Positions 17,524 through 26,591 are shown, counted from the first letter of the stretch. The stretch is DNA of 61,569 bases from Candidatus Omnitrophota bacterium (GCA_003528115.1 DOGZ01000022.1:24397-85965); one strand, 5' to 3'. Numbers and translations: made by a program. The notes: generated from the sequence alone by a model not told the origin.

Positions 17524-18741
17524 ATGAATAAAACAATCCTCAACGATTTAGCCGTCTTCGGAGGCTCCCCGGCCTTCCCGGAACCCTTGCATGTCGGGCG
17601 TCCTAATGCCTGTCACCGGGAGCGGTTTTTGAAGCGGGTCAACGACCTGTTGGACAGGCGCTGGTTGACCAACCAGGGGCCTTTTGTTACGGAGTTTGAA
17701 CAGCGTGTCGCCGAGTTTCTTGGAGTCAGGCATTGTGTGGCGATGTGTAACGGGACAACGGCCCTGGAAATCGCTATCCGGGCCGCCGGGCTTTCCGGGG
17801 AGGTGATCGTCCCCGCCTTTACGTTTATCTCAACGGCGCACGCCTTGAAGTGGCAGGGAGTAACTCCCGTTTTCTGCGACGTGGATCCGCGGACGCATCA
17901 TATCGATCCCTCCCGCCTTGAAGGGTTGATCACAGAACGGACGACGGGCGTCATCGGGGTCCATCTTTGGGGAAGACCCTGCGCCGTGGAGGCGCTGGAG
18001 GAGATCACCCGAAAAAGGCGACTGAAATTATTGTTTGACGCGGCGCATGCCTTCGGGAATTCTCATCAAGGGCGCAGGATCGGTTCTTTCGGCGACGCGG
18101 AAGTCTTTAGTTTTCACGCTACGAAATTCTTTCACACGCTGGAAGGCGGCGCGGTCGTCACCAACGATGACGGCCTGGCGCGCGTGTTAAGATTGATGCA
18201 TAACATGGGGTTTTCAGGATATGATCAGGTTGTTTGCGCCGGGACGAACGCTAAGATGAACGAGATCTCGGCCGCGATGGGCTTGACGATGTTTGAAAGT
18301 TTAGAGGCAATTTTAGCGATCAACCAACGTCATTACAGACACTACGAGCGGGAGCTTTCTGAAATCCCGGGCCTTCAGTTGATGCGTTACGACGAAGGGG
18401 AAAGGAACAATTATCAGTATATTGTCTTAGACATCGATGAACCCAAGGCGGGGATCAGCCGTGATCAACTGGTCGTGATATTGCATAAAGAAAACGTGTT
18501 GGCGCGTCGCTATTTTTATCCAGGCTGTCATCAGATGGAACCTTACCGGTCCGATCCTTTCTACGGCGGTTTACACCTGCCGGTGACGGATCATCTGGCC
18601 GGCCGATTGCTGATCCTGCCCACCGGGGAGGCCCTGCAACCGGACCAGGTCACGGGGATATGCCGGATCATCCGTTGGGTGATGGACCACGCGCCCGAGA
18701 TCGCACAGAGGTTATCGAAAAACACAGAAGGTGGGAAGTAG
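17524..18741 (+). CDS. DegT/DnrJ/EryC1/StrS-family sugar aminotransferase
   Basis: Family-typical layout, with the catalytic Lys in SFHATKFF. Confidence 0.9.
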   Translation: MNKTILNDLAVFGGSPAFPEPLHVGRPNACHRERFLKRVNDLLDRRWLTNQGPFVTEFEQRVAEFLGVRHCVAMCNGTTALEIAIRAAGLSGEVIVPAFTFISTAHALKWQGVTPVFCDVDPRTHHIDPSRLEGLITERTTGVIGVHLWGRPCAVEALEEITRKRRLKLLFDAAHAFGNSHQGRRIGSFGDAEVFSFHATKFFHTLEGGAVVTNDDGLARVLRLMHNMGFSGYDQVVCAGTNAKMNEISAAMGLTMFESLEAILAINQRHYRHYERELSEIPGLQLMRYDEGERNNYQYIVLDIDEPKAGISRDQLVVILHKENVLARRYFYPGCHQMEPYRSDPFYGGLHLPVTDHLAGRLLILPTGEALQPDQVTGICRIIRWVMDHAPEIAQRLSKNTEGGK

Positions 18742-18750
18742 AGGAAGCCT

Positions 18751-19650
18751 ATGCCGCCGTCCGCCCAGCAGCCTAAAGTGAGCGTCAAAATGGTGACGTA
18801 TAATCATGAGTCCTTTATCGCTCAGGCGATCGAAAGCGTCCTGATGCAGGAGGTGGAATTTGATTACGAAATCGTCATTGGGGAAGACAGTTCAACGGAT
18901 GGGACGCGCGGGATTGTCCTGGATTATCAAAAGAGGTATCCTGACCGCGTCCGGCTGTTATTGACGGACAGAAACAGGGGACGACGGCACAATTTTTTAC
19001 AGACTTTAAAGGCTTGCCGGGGGAAATATGTGGCGATGCTCGATGGAGATGATTACTGGACATCGCCGCGTAAACTGCAAAAACAGGCCGATTTCTTGGA
19101 TACCCATCCGGGATGCGCGATCTGTTTTCATAATGCCGTCATGATTTATGAAAACGGGAAGGCCCCCCGGCTTTATCATAGAGAGAAACTCAAACAGATC
19201 CTCAAACTGGAAGATCTCTTGTACGGCAACATCATGCCGACCTGCGCGACGATGTTTAGAAATCATCTTTTTGATGAGTTTCCCGGGTTGTTTGATCCTC
19301 TCCCGTTCGGCGACTGGCCGTTACAGATTCTGAATGCCCGGCACGGGGATATCGGCTATCTGGATGAAGTGATGAGTGTCTACCGTATCCACAGCGGAGG
19401 CCTGTGGTCCAGGGGCGGGGAGGTGAGCCTGGAGGAACGTATTCAACAGGCTAAAGGGATTGTGGCCTTTTACAAGGCGATCAATCAATTCCTGGCGTAT
19501 CAATATGACCGAATCATCCGAGGGGAGATCTTAAAACAAAAAAAACAAATACGCCGGCGCCAGGTTGAGAAAATCAAACGCCGGATCATGACCGCCTTCC
19601 CAAGGGGATATCATCTTTACCGTTGGCTCAAAGACGACGCCCAGGCTTAG
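18751..19650 (+). CDS. family 2 glycosyltransferase
   Basis: VSVKMVTYNHESFIAQAIESVL.Q....EIVIGEDSSTDGT and DGDDYW (DxD) motifs. Confidence 0.9.
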   Translation: MPPSAQQPKVSVKMVTYNHESFIAQAIESVLMQEVEFDYEIVIGEDSSTDGTRGIVLDYQKRYPDRVRLLLTDRNRGRRHNFLQTLKACRGKYVAMLDGDDYWTSPRKLQKQADFLDTHPGCAICFHNAVMIYENGKAPRLYHREKLKQILKLEDLLYGNIMPTCATMFRNHLFDEFPGLFDPLPFGDWPLQILNARHGDIGYLDEVMSVYRIHSGGLWSRGGEVSLEERIQQAKGIVAFYKAINQFLAYQYDRIIRGEILKQKKQIRRRQVEKIKRRIMTAFPRGYHLYRWLKDDAQA

Positions 19651-19705
19651 CCGTATCAAAACATTCAAGAATAGTATTGATTCTTAAAGACAGCAAGAGG
19701 GCCGT

Positions 19706-20407
19706 ATGCGCTTGGCGATTATGCAGCCGTATCTTTTTCCTTACATTGGATATTTTCAATTGATCCACGGCATGGATCAATTTGTTATTCTCGATGATGT
19801 TCAATACATTAAGAAGGGCTGGATTAACAGGAACAGGCTCCTTCTTGACGGGAAAGCCCACGCGTTCACGTTCAGTTTGAAAAAAGCTTCGCACCGGTTA
19901 CCTATTAAGGAAAGATATTTTGTGGATGATCACGGTGTCGAGAAAGAAAGCTTTATGGGGTTAATGGCCTTGGCTTACAGGAAAGCCCCCCACTATCGCG
20001 AGACCGCGGCTTTCATAGAAGATCTATTGGGTTTCGACGAGTTGAATGTCGCGGAATTCATCCGCCATAGTTTGGAAGAAATTTGTAAATACTTAGGTAT
20101 AAAAACCTCTTTTCATGTCTCTTCCCGCTTGAAGAGGACTGAGGTATCTGATAGACTGAGCCGTCTTTTAGGCATTATGACTATTATGGGATCAACGCAG
20201 TATATTAATCCAATCGGCGGGCGGGAGCTTTATTCAAAGGAAGAATTCGCCGGTCATGGAATGACCTTAAATTTTCTACGGACAAAGCCGATTCTTTACC
20301 GGCAAGGAGACCACGCCTTTGTTGAATCGCTTTCCATCATTGATGTCATGATGTTTAATTCAAGGGATGAAATCCGGCGTTTATTAACAGCGTATGAATT
20401 TTTTTAA
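19706..20407 (+). CDS. WbqC-family protein
   Basis: N-terminal MRLAIMQPYLFPYIGYFQLI signature of WbqC-like proteins; glycan-cluster context. Confidence 0.8.
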   Translation: MRLAIMQPYLFPYIGYFQLIHGMDQFVILDDVQYIKKGWINRNRLLLDGKAHAFTFSLKKASHRLPIKERYFVDDHGVEKESFMGLMALAYRKAPHYRETAAFIEDLLGFDELNVAEFIRHSLEEICKYLGIKTSFHVSSRLKRTEVSDRLSRLLGIMTIMGSTQYINPIGGRELYSKEEFAGHGMTLNFLRTKPILYRQGDHAFVESLSIIDVMMFNSRDEIRRLLTAYEFF

Positions 20408-20424
20408 AGGTGAAGGGGAGCGTT

Positions 20425-21198
20425 ATGAGAAAAGGGATAAAAGGGGTGCCGGAATTATTAGCGGTGTCCAAGCGCGCCGGTAAAGCCATTATGGATTATG
20501 ACATGCTTCGTGACGGCGATCGGGTGGCCGTGGCGGTGTCCGGCGGCAAAGACAGCCTTTCCTTGCTCCATGTTTTAAGAGACCGCCAGAGGGTGGCTCC
20601 GATTCATTTTGAATTCGTCGCGGTTCACATTGATTTTTGTTTTTCGGATTTCGATCCCGCCCCTCTGATCGCCTATCTGGAACGCGAGGGATTCGCGTAT
20701 CTCGTGGAGAAGGCGGGCTCTTTATCGGAGGAACGCTGGGAGGAGATTGATTGTTTCCGCTGGTCGCGGCATCGGCGGACAGCCCTTTTTGATCTGGCGG
20801 ATCGACAGGGGTTTAATAAAATCGCGTTTGGCCATCACATGGATGATATCGCGGAAACGATCCTCCTGAATCAGTTCTATCGGGGAGAGATTGCCTCGAT
20901 GAGACCTAAACAGGAACTCTTTGACGGGAAGGTCACGATTATCCGGCCGCTGGCGTATGAACGGGAAGAGACCATGATCCGTTTGGCGCAAAGGCTCAAC
21001 ATCACGCAAATAGGCCAGTCCAAGTGTGCCAATGAGGAAACTTCCCATCGGCTGATCATTAAGAAAATGCTCCGTCAGCTTGAGGCCGTGAACCCGATGA
21101 TCGTTCAAAATATTTTTAAGAGCCTGCAGAATGTCCGAAGAGATTATCTGCTGGAGATCGCTCCGGCAAAATCACCGGCGGGTTCAATGAAATCGTAA
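20425..21198 (+). CDS. TtcA/TilS-type PP-loop ATPase with degenerate Cys motifs
   Basis: PP-loop VAVSGGKDSLSLL and GHHMDDIAETILLN. Start set at ATG 20425, behind GAAGGGGA (the track starts at GTG 20410). Confidence 0.75.
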   Translation: MRKGIKGVPELLAVSKRAGKAIMDYDMLRDGDRVAVAVSGGKDSLSLLHVLRDRQRVAPIHFEFVAVHIDFCFSDFDPAPLIAYLEREGFAYLVEKAGSLSEERWEEIDCFRWSRHRRTALFDLADRQGFNKIAFGHHMDDIAETILLNQFYRGEIASMRPKQELFDGKVTIIRPLAYEREETMIRLAQRLNITQIGQSKCANEETSHRLIIKKMLRQLEAVNPMIVQNIFKSLQNVRRDYLLEIAPAKSPAGSMKS

Positions 21199-21204
21199 GA
21201 GCGT

Positions 21205-21906
21205 ATGGATAAAATTCTGGAATTCTGGTTCGAGGGGCTTAATGATCAAACGGTTATTGACAAGCGCGCTTTTCCGGCGAAGAAGTGGTTTATCAAGAAC
21301 CGGCGCGTTGATGACGAGATCCGGGAGGCATTTGAACACGATCTGATCCGGGCCGGTCAGGGAGAGTTCAAGGATTGGGAGCGCAGTGCCCGCGGACGGT
21401 TGGCGTTAGTGATTCTTTTTGACCAATTCCCCCGTAACATATACCGCAACACACCCAAGATGTTCGCGTATGATCCCCTGGCCCTGGATCTGGCCGTACG
21501 CTCTATCCGTGAAGAGAAAGATCAGGAATTACAGCTTATTGAGAGGGTTTTTCTTTATATGCCCTTGATGCACGCCGAGGATGTCAAAACACAGACATGG
21601 TCGGTCGAGCGTTTTACGCATTTATTGACCTCCGCACAACTAATGGAACATGCTCGACGAGCGAAAGGAGGTCGAGATACTGACTACCGTAATGTTCCAT
21701 TACTTTTAGGGAAGTCAGTAGTCCGAGAATCTTCAGAAAAGAGCCCCGCCAATACCCCCTATTATGAATACACATTGGGTTATGCCCGACGGCACTTTTC
21801 GATTATTGAGAAATTCGGCCGTTTCCCTCATCGAAATTCAATTCTGGGGAGGACTTCCACGATGGCAGAATTGGAGTTTCTCAACACGCCTAACGCTTCT
21901 TTCTAG
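21205..21906 (+). CDS. DUF924-family protein
   Basis: C-terminal FGRFPHRNSILGRTST.AE.EFL and central YMPLMHAED motifs. Confidence 0.75.
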   Translation: MDKILEFWFEGLNDQTVIDKRAFPAKKWFIKNRRVDDEIREAFEHDLIRAGQGEFKDWERSARGRLALVILFDQFPRNIYRNTPKMFAYDPLALDLAVRSIREEKDQELQLIERVFLYMPLMHAEDVKTQTWSVERFTHLLTSAQLMEHARRAKGGRDTDYRNVPLLLGKSVVRESSEKSPANTPYYEYTLGYARRHFSIIEKFGRFPHRNSILGRTSTMAELEFLNTPNASF

Positions 21907-22171
21907 TCGATTTTAGTGGTTTTTCATTTTGCGTTCGTTCCGTTCTCTTGATAAACTATTTGCCGTATTCTCCAACCGGCAAGCGATGGACATGCTCCTG
22001 CCGCCTTGGGATATCGCGGGGATATCGCGCGTTTGAGGAATTCGTTGACATAGGTGATAAAATACTTCAAGCTAAAAACAAAACTTTTCCCCCAAAGCCG
22101 CGGAGCCGCAAGTAAGACTCTTCGGGCTAAGCCTTGGGGAAAGGAAACCGAAGTGAGGAAAGGAGCGAAAG

Positions 22172-22582
22172 ATGAAGGACTGTTGTGAAAAGTTGAAACC
22201 GTTTGCGCCATTATTTTTGCGTTTGGGACTGGGTGTCATTTTTACGTACCATGGGTTTGGTAAAGTTTTTGGCGAAGGGGCGGGTTTAGGATCTACCTGG
22301 AATCCTCATGGGATGCCGGCCATTGTGCAAATTCTCGTCGCTTGGGGTGAATTTCTCAGCGGCCTATCCGCCCTCATTGGTTTTTTGACTCCATTGGCGG
22401 CTTTTAACATCATCGTGATTATGACCGGAGCGATCGTCCTGGTCCATGGGAAGAATGGTTTTGGTATGATGAACCATGGGTTCGAATATAATTACGCCCT
22501 GATCATGATGTCGTTGGCCTTAATAGGGACGGGGCCGGGGCCGTTTACCATAGGCGGAAAATGTGGTTGCGACAAGAAGTAA
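22172..22582 (+). CDS. DoxX-family membrane protein
   Basis: LFLRLGLGVIFTYHGFGKVFG and four hydrophobic segments; 136 aa. Confidence 0.85.
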   Translation: MKDCCEKLKPFAPLFLRLGLGVIFTYHGFGKVFGEGAGLGSTWNPHGMPAIVQILVAWGEFLSGLSALIGFLTPLAAFNIIVIMTGAIVLVHGKNGFGMMNHGFEYNYALIMMSLALIGTGPGPFTIGGKCGCDKK

Positions 22583-22583
22583 A

Positions 22584-22767
22584 GTTCATCCGCCTACGCC
22601 GGAGACCACGGGCTTGCCCGTGGAGGAAGGCGAAAGTGGGGAGAAAGTTGGGCTACGGCGGATGTTCGCCCTTATCTGGAAACGGCGGATGAACCCGGCG
22701 AAGCTCCCAAACGAAAGTTTTGGAGCGAAGACGGGTCATTTAGATGGGACCACGGCTTTAGCCGTGG
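22584..22767 (+). ncRNA. candidate structured RNA or structured 3' UTR downstream of doxX
   Basis: An 11-bp long-range stem (22584-22594 with 22684-22694). Hairpins at 22606-22623 (8 bp), 22703-22726 (GAAA loop) and 22750-22767 (7 bp). A terminator follows. Confidence 0.25.
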
Positions 22768-22778
22768 GGCTCCATTTT

Positions 22779-22825
22779 AAAAAGGATAGGCTTTAAGAAA
22801 TTTCAAGTCTATCCTTTTTTCTTTT
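22779..22825 (+). terminator. rho-independent terminator
   Basis: AAAGGATAG ... CTATCCTTT stem followed by a T-rich run TTTCTTTTT. Confidence 0.6.
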
Positions 22826-22847
22826 TACACCTTCGGGAGGTGCGGTA

Positions 22848-23471
22848 ATGAAAAAAATAATTGTTTGTATTTTTGTTTGTAGTTGCTTTCTTTTAGGCAT
22901 ATCCCTTTTTAATCCGTCGGTGTTTGCTCAGGAAGATATTCAGTCCTTAAAAAGGCAGGTTGAAATCTTAAATAAGAAAGTGGCGGAATTAGAAGCTGAG
23001 AAATCCCGGAAATCATTGGCGCCTCCCAATAACCTTCAGGGCTTTGAGGAGAATTCCTGGGATCCTTTTGCCGAGATGGATCGTTTACAGGAGCAGATGA
23101 ACCAAATGTTTCAGGACCCGTTTGGGGCTCAATTGCATCGCGATCAATCGATGATTCAACATCATGAATTTCAAGAGCCTGACTTTAATTTAGAAGAAAC
23201 GGATGTCGGCTATCTTATCAAATTCAATACTGCGGGTTTAGACCGCAAAAAAATTGATATTCAGATCAATGAAAATTCGTTGACTCTCTCCGGCGAGAGT
23301 TCCAGGGAAACAGAGGAAAGTAATCCCCAGGCTGTTATGCGGTCGCGCAGTTTCGGAAAATTTCTCAAAACAATCCCTTTACCTGTTGACGCGGACATAC
23401 AGAAACTGAAGACAGAACAAAAGGGAGAGGTTCTTGAGATAACGATTCCAAAAAAGAAAATAAATTCCTAA
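22848..23471 (+). CDS. Hsp20/alpha-crystallin-domain protein with an N-terminal Sec signal peptide and coiled-coil
   Basis: MKKIIVCIFVCSCFLLGISLFNPSVFA/QE signal-like N-terminus. ACD motifs: DFNLEETDVGYLIKFNTAGL.., LTLSGE, GKFLKTIPLP, GVLEITIPKK-like. Confidence 0.85.
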   Translation: MKKIIVCIFVCSCFLLGISLFNPSVFAQEDIQSLKRQVEILNKKVAELEAEKSRKSLAPPNNLQGFEENSWDPFAEMDRLQEQMNQMFQDPFGAQLHRDQSMIQHHEFQEPDFNLEETDVGYLIKFNTAGLDRKKIDIQINENSLTLSGESSRETEESNPQAVMRSRSFGKFLKTIPLPVDADIQKLKTEQKGEVLEITIPKKKINS

Positions 23472-23662
23472 GATTTCCTCTTCTATTTTTTAAAAAAATA
23501 ATCGTCAGCAAAAATTAACCATAGCAGTATTAGAAAATATGGATATAATGAGGCCATCCCAAGAATTTTTAGTCATGAAATCAAGATCTGTTTTCCTTCC
23601 CTTACGTCCGCCGAGAGGGGAGGACTTAGCAAGAAAGAGAAAATAGAACAATTTTATTCAGG

Positions 23663-24742
23663 GTGGCATGTGCGATGAGATTTCTTGTGAAAAACATTCT
23701 TTCTAGTTTTGCTATGGCGGGCGTGAGCTTCTCCCTCTTGTTGGGTGGGGGCGCGATTTCCAGCTATGCCGGGTTAAGCCCCGAGGAGCAAACAACGATT
23801 GAGACGTTTGAGCGTGTTTCTCCTTCCGTGGTTTTTATTAAGAACGCCTCCGTGCAATGGGATTGGTTCTCGACAGATCTTTATGAAATTCCCCAGGGGG
23901 CCGGTTCCGGGTTTGTATGGGACAAGGAAGGACACATTGTTACGAATTTTCACGTGATTTATCAAGCGGATAAGATTGAGGTGGTTCTTTCCGATCATAA
24001 TTCGTATCCGGCCCGGGTGGCGGGTATTTCCCCCGACGATGATCTTGCCGTCTTAAAGATTGAGGCGCCCGCGGCAATCCTCAGTCCGATTTCCGTCGGG
24101 AGTTCGAAAGATTTGAAAGTGGGCCAAAGGACGTTATCGATTGGAAATCCGTTTGGGCTGGATTACTCATTAACCACCGGTGTAGTCAGCGCGTTGGGCC
24201 GATCCATGCGTTCGGTCAGCGGAAGAAAAATTCATGATGTTATTCAGACAGACGCGGCGATCAATCCGGGCAATTCCGGTGGACCGCTCTTGGATTCGTC
24301 GGGGAATCTTATTGGTATGGCCACCGCCATTTATAGCCCTTCCGGGGCTTACGCGGGCGTGGGATTCGCTATTCCCGTGGATATCGTCAAGAGGGTGGTC
24401 CCTCAACTGATCCGGCATGGACGGATCAAGAAGGTGGGGTTAGGCGTGGTGCTTGTCCCGGACAATATCCGGGAACGCATGGGTATGGACGGGGCCATGA
24501 TTTTGAATGTCTTGAAAAACAGTTCCGCGAGTCAGGCGGGCCTTCAGCCGACGCGGAAGAATTATTTTGGACAGATTATTCACGGGGATGTGATTATTTC
24601 TATAAACGGCCAGCCGATAACCGGCAATGAGGATCTGACTGCTTTTTTTGAAAAGGATAAAAAAGAGGGTGAGCAGGTTAATATCAAGTTTTTACGTAAT
24701 GGAAAAGAATATGGAACAACAGCGATTTTGAAGGAATTATAA
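23663..24742 (+). CDS. HtrA/DegP-family periplasmic serine protease with one PDZ domain
   Basis: Catalytic triad contexts TNFHV, DLAVLKI, GNSGGPLL. Signal peptide present. The start may be ATG 23675 instead of GTG 23663. Confidence 0.9.
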   Translation: MACAMRFLVKNILSSFAMAGVSFSLLLGGGAISSYAGLSPEEQTTIETFERVSPSVVFIKNASVQWDWFSTDLYEIPQGAGSGFVWDKEGHIVTNFHVIYQADKIEVVLSDHNSYPARVAGISPDDDLAVLKIEAPAAILSPISVGSSKDLKVGQRTLSIGNPFGLDYSLTTGVVSALGRSMRSVSGRKIHDVIQTDAAINPGNSGGPLLDSSGNLIGMATAIYSPSGAYAGVGFAIPVDIVKRVVPQLIRHGRIKKVGLGVVLVPDNIRERMGMDGAMILNVLKNSSASQAGLQPTRKNYFGQIIHGDVIISINGQPITGNEDLTAFFEKDKKEGEQVNIKFLRNGKEYGTTAILKEL

Positions 24743-24823
24743 AGGGGTTACATTTTAGAGAAAGGAGAGACGGGGGATTTTAATACAATAATGAATTAGC
24801 CAAAATCCAAAAAAGGGGGGGGT

Positions 24824-25069
24824 ATGGTTAGAGGCAAAGTGAAATGGTTTGATCAAAAAATGGGCTATGGCTATCTGGTTAATGCTAAAGGGGAAGAAGT
24901 ATTGGCCTATGCCGGTAATATTGAAAGTCAGGACCTGAGCATTCCGCAAACGGAGTTTTTAAATCAGGGACAGGACGTTGAGTTTGATACGGTGAGCGAC
25001 CAAGGGGAGATGATCGCGGTTAATATCATCACGAGTGGACATCAGAATTTTGCCGATATTAGTCAATAA
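24824..25069 (+). CDS. divergent cold-shock-domain (CSD) protein
   Basis: GKVKWFDQKMGYGYL resembles the CspA RNP1 context GTVKWFN..KGFGFI. 81 aa, with a GGGGGG Shine-Dalgarno upstream. Confidence 0.65.
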   Translation: MVRGKVKWFDQKMGYGYLVNAKGEEVLAYAGNIESQDLSIPQTEFLNQGQDVEFDTVSDQGEMIAVNIITSGHQNFADISQ

Positions 25070-25197
25070 GAACACTGGGTGAAAGAAATAATCAATCAGG
25101 ATCAAAGTGTTTGAAATCCATGAGGGCGGGGGGCGAATCGAATGAAAAGAATCGCCCCTTCCCCATTATTCTGGAAATTATTCAGGAGGAAATAAAG

Positions 25198-26166
25198 ATG
25201 TGGGCTTTTCAAATGAGAATGTGGCTTTTGTTAGGGGCACTTTTCGCCATCATCTACGCGATGATTGTGATGATCGGGACAGCGATGGGCCTGGGGAGTT
25301 TCTATTCCTATTTGGTTATTTCTTTCGTGATGATGTTTATTCAATTCATGATCGGCCCCAAAATCGTCGAATGGACCATGCGTGTCCGATACATTAAGCG
25401 TGACGAGGATCCGGCGTTATTCGGGATGATTGAAGATCAAGCCCGAAGGGCCGACATGCCTATGCCCCGCGTTTGTGTCGCTCAGATCGGGATTCCCAAC
25501 GCCTTTGCCTTTGGGCGCGGCATCCGTGATGGGCGCGTTTGCGTGACCGAAGGCATCCGGCGGCTTTTGAGTCAGGATGAGTTAAAGGCGGTCATCGGGC
25601 ATGAGATCACCCATTTAAAGAACCGCGATGTTATTACCATCACGCTTCTATCGGTGATTCCGATGATTATGTACCGCGTGGCCTGGCATTTTCTTTTTTA
25701 CGGTGGGGGGAGGCGCAGAGAACACAGTGGCGGGAATACGGCTTTTATCGGCCTAGCGGCATTCCTTTTTTATTTTGTCACCAACCTTTTAGTCCTTTAC
25801 GCCTCACGGATCCGGGAGTATTTCGCGGACGAGGGGTCAGTGCGATTGGGCAATCGGCCCGAGGCCTTGGCCACAGCCCTGTATAAACTCGTTTACGGCG
25901 CGGCCCGCATGGATAAGGCTTCCTTGAAGGAGACCGAAGGCATCAAGGCGTTTTTTATTAATGATCCGTCTAAAGCTTTGAGTGAAATCCGCGAGTTAAG
26001 CCAGCTTGATATGGATCGCAGCGGCACGATTGATCCGGAGGAACTGGCCCGGTTGCGTAGTAAGCAAGTTCGTTTGGAATTTGGAGATAAACTTTTGGAA
26101 TTTTTAAGCACGCATCCGAATATGCTGAAACGCATCCAACACCTTTCCGGGTTGCAAATCCATTGA
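25198..26166 (+). CDS. htpX: HtpX-family M48 membrane zinc protease with an embedded EF-hand-like loop
   Basis: HEITHLKNRD (HExxH). TM segments flank the catalytic domain. Start at ATG 25198, behind AGGAGG. Confidence 0.85.
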   Translation: MWAFQMRMWLLLGALFAIIYAMIVMIGTAMGLGSFYSYLVISFVMMFIQFMIGPKIVEWTMRVRYIKRDEDPALFGMIEDQARRADMPMPRVCVAQIGIPNAFAFGRGIRDGRVCVTEGIRRLLSQDELKAVIGHEITHLKNRDVITITLLSVIPMIMYRVAWHFLFYGGGRRREHSGGNTAFIGLAAFLFYFVTNLLVLYASRIREYFADEGSVRLGNRPEALATALYKLVYGAARMDKASLKETEGIKAFFINDPSKALSEIRELSQLDMDRSGTIDPEELARLRSKQVRLEFGDKLLEFLSTHPNMLKRIQHLSGLQIH

Positions 26167-26249
26167 TTGCTAAGGAAGAGACTGAATTGCAAGGGTTAAT
26201 GAATTGGCCCGTTTTCTTAATGACGTTGTTTTAAAGAAAGAATGCGGTA

Positions 26250-26591
26250 ATGAAAATAATAACGGGGACCATGGGGATCGGTGAGCTCAACCAAATGGCA
26301 GTGAATATGTTTGGAAGTTTGGTAAAAGCCGTCGTTGATGTTGATAGGGAACACCTCGCCGTTGATGCCGAGCTTCACTCTGATTTGGAAGCATTGCTTC
26401 TTGAAAAAGGTTCAAAACAGGAAAGCCTTTGGGGGATCAACCTGTATCCTGAAATGCAAGGGGATGGATTTGTTGAATTTGATTCTATGATTAATTTGCG
26501 CCCTTCTCAAGGCAATAGAAGCCGGAGCGTTGAAAACGAAGAAACGCGTCAAAAGATCATTGCCATTGTTGGAAAGAGGGTTCATCGATGA
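26250..26591 (+). CDS. small conserved protein, DUF5674-like (from memory)
   Basis: LVKAVVDVD...LAVDAELHSD.EALLLE.GSKQE.LWGINLYPE pattern as I recall for DUF5674. Confidence 0.5.
   Translation: MKIITGTMGIGELNQMAVNMFGSLVKAVVDVDREHLAVDAELHSDLEALLLEKGSKQESLWGINLYPEMQGDGFVEFDSMINLRPSQGNRSRSVENEETRQKIIAIVGKRVHR

Noticed and set aside
21924-22211. 95-aa minus-strand ORF between the DUF924 and DoxX genes
   Set aside because: It overlaps the doxX start and its Shine-Dalgarno region, and it has no motif or ribosome-binding site. Likely a non-coding intergenic/promoter region.
22563-22796. 77-aa ORF downstream of doxX
   Set aside because: It overlaps the doxX 3' end and has no Shine-Dalgarno. The region is dominated by stable hairpins, so I treated it as a candidate structured RNA instead.
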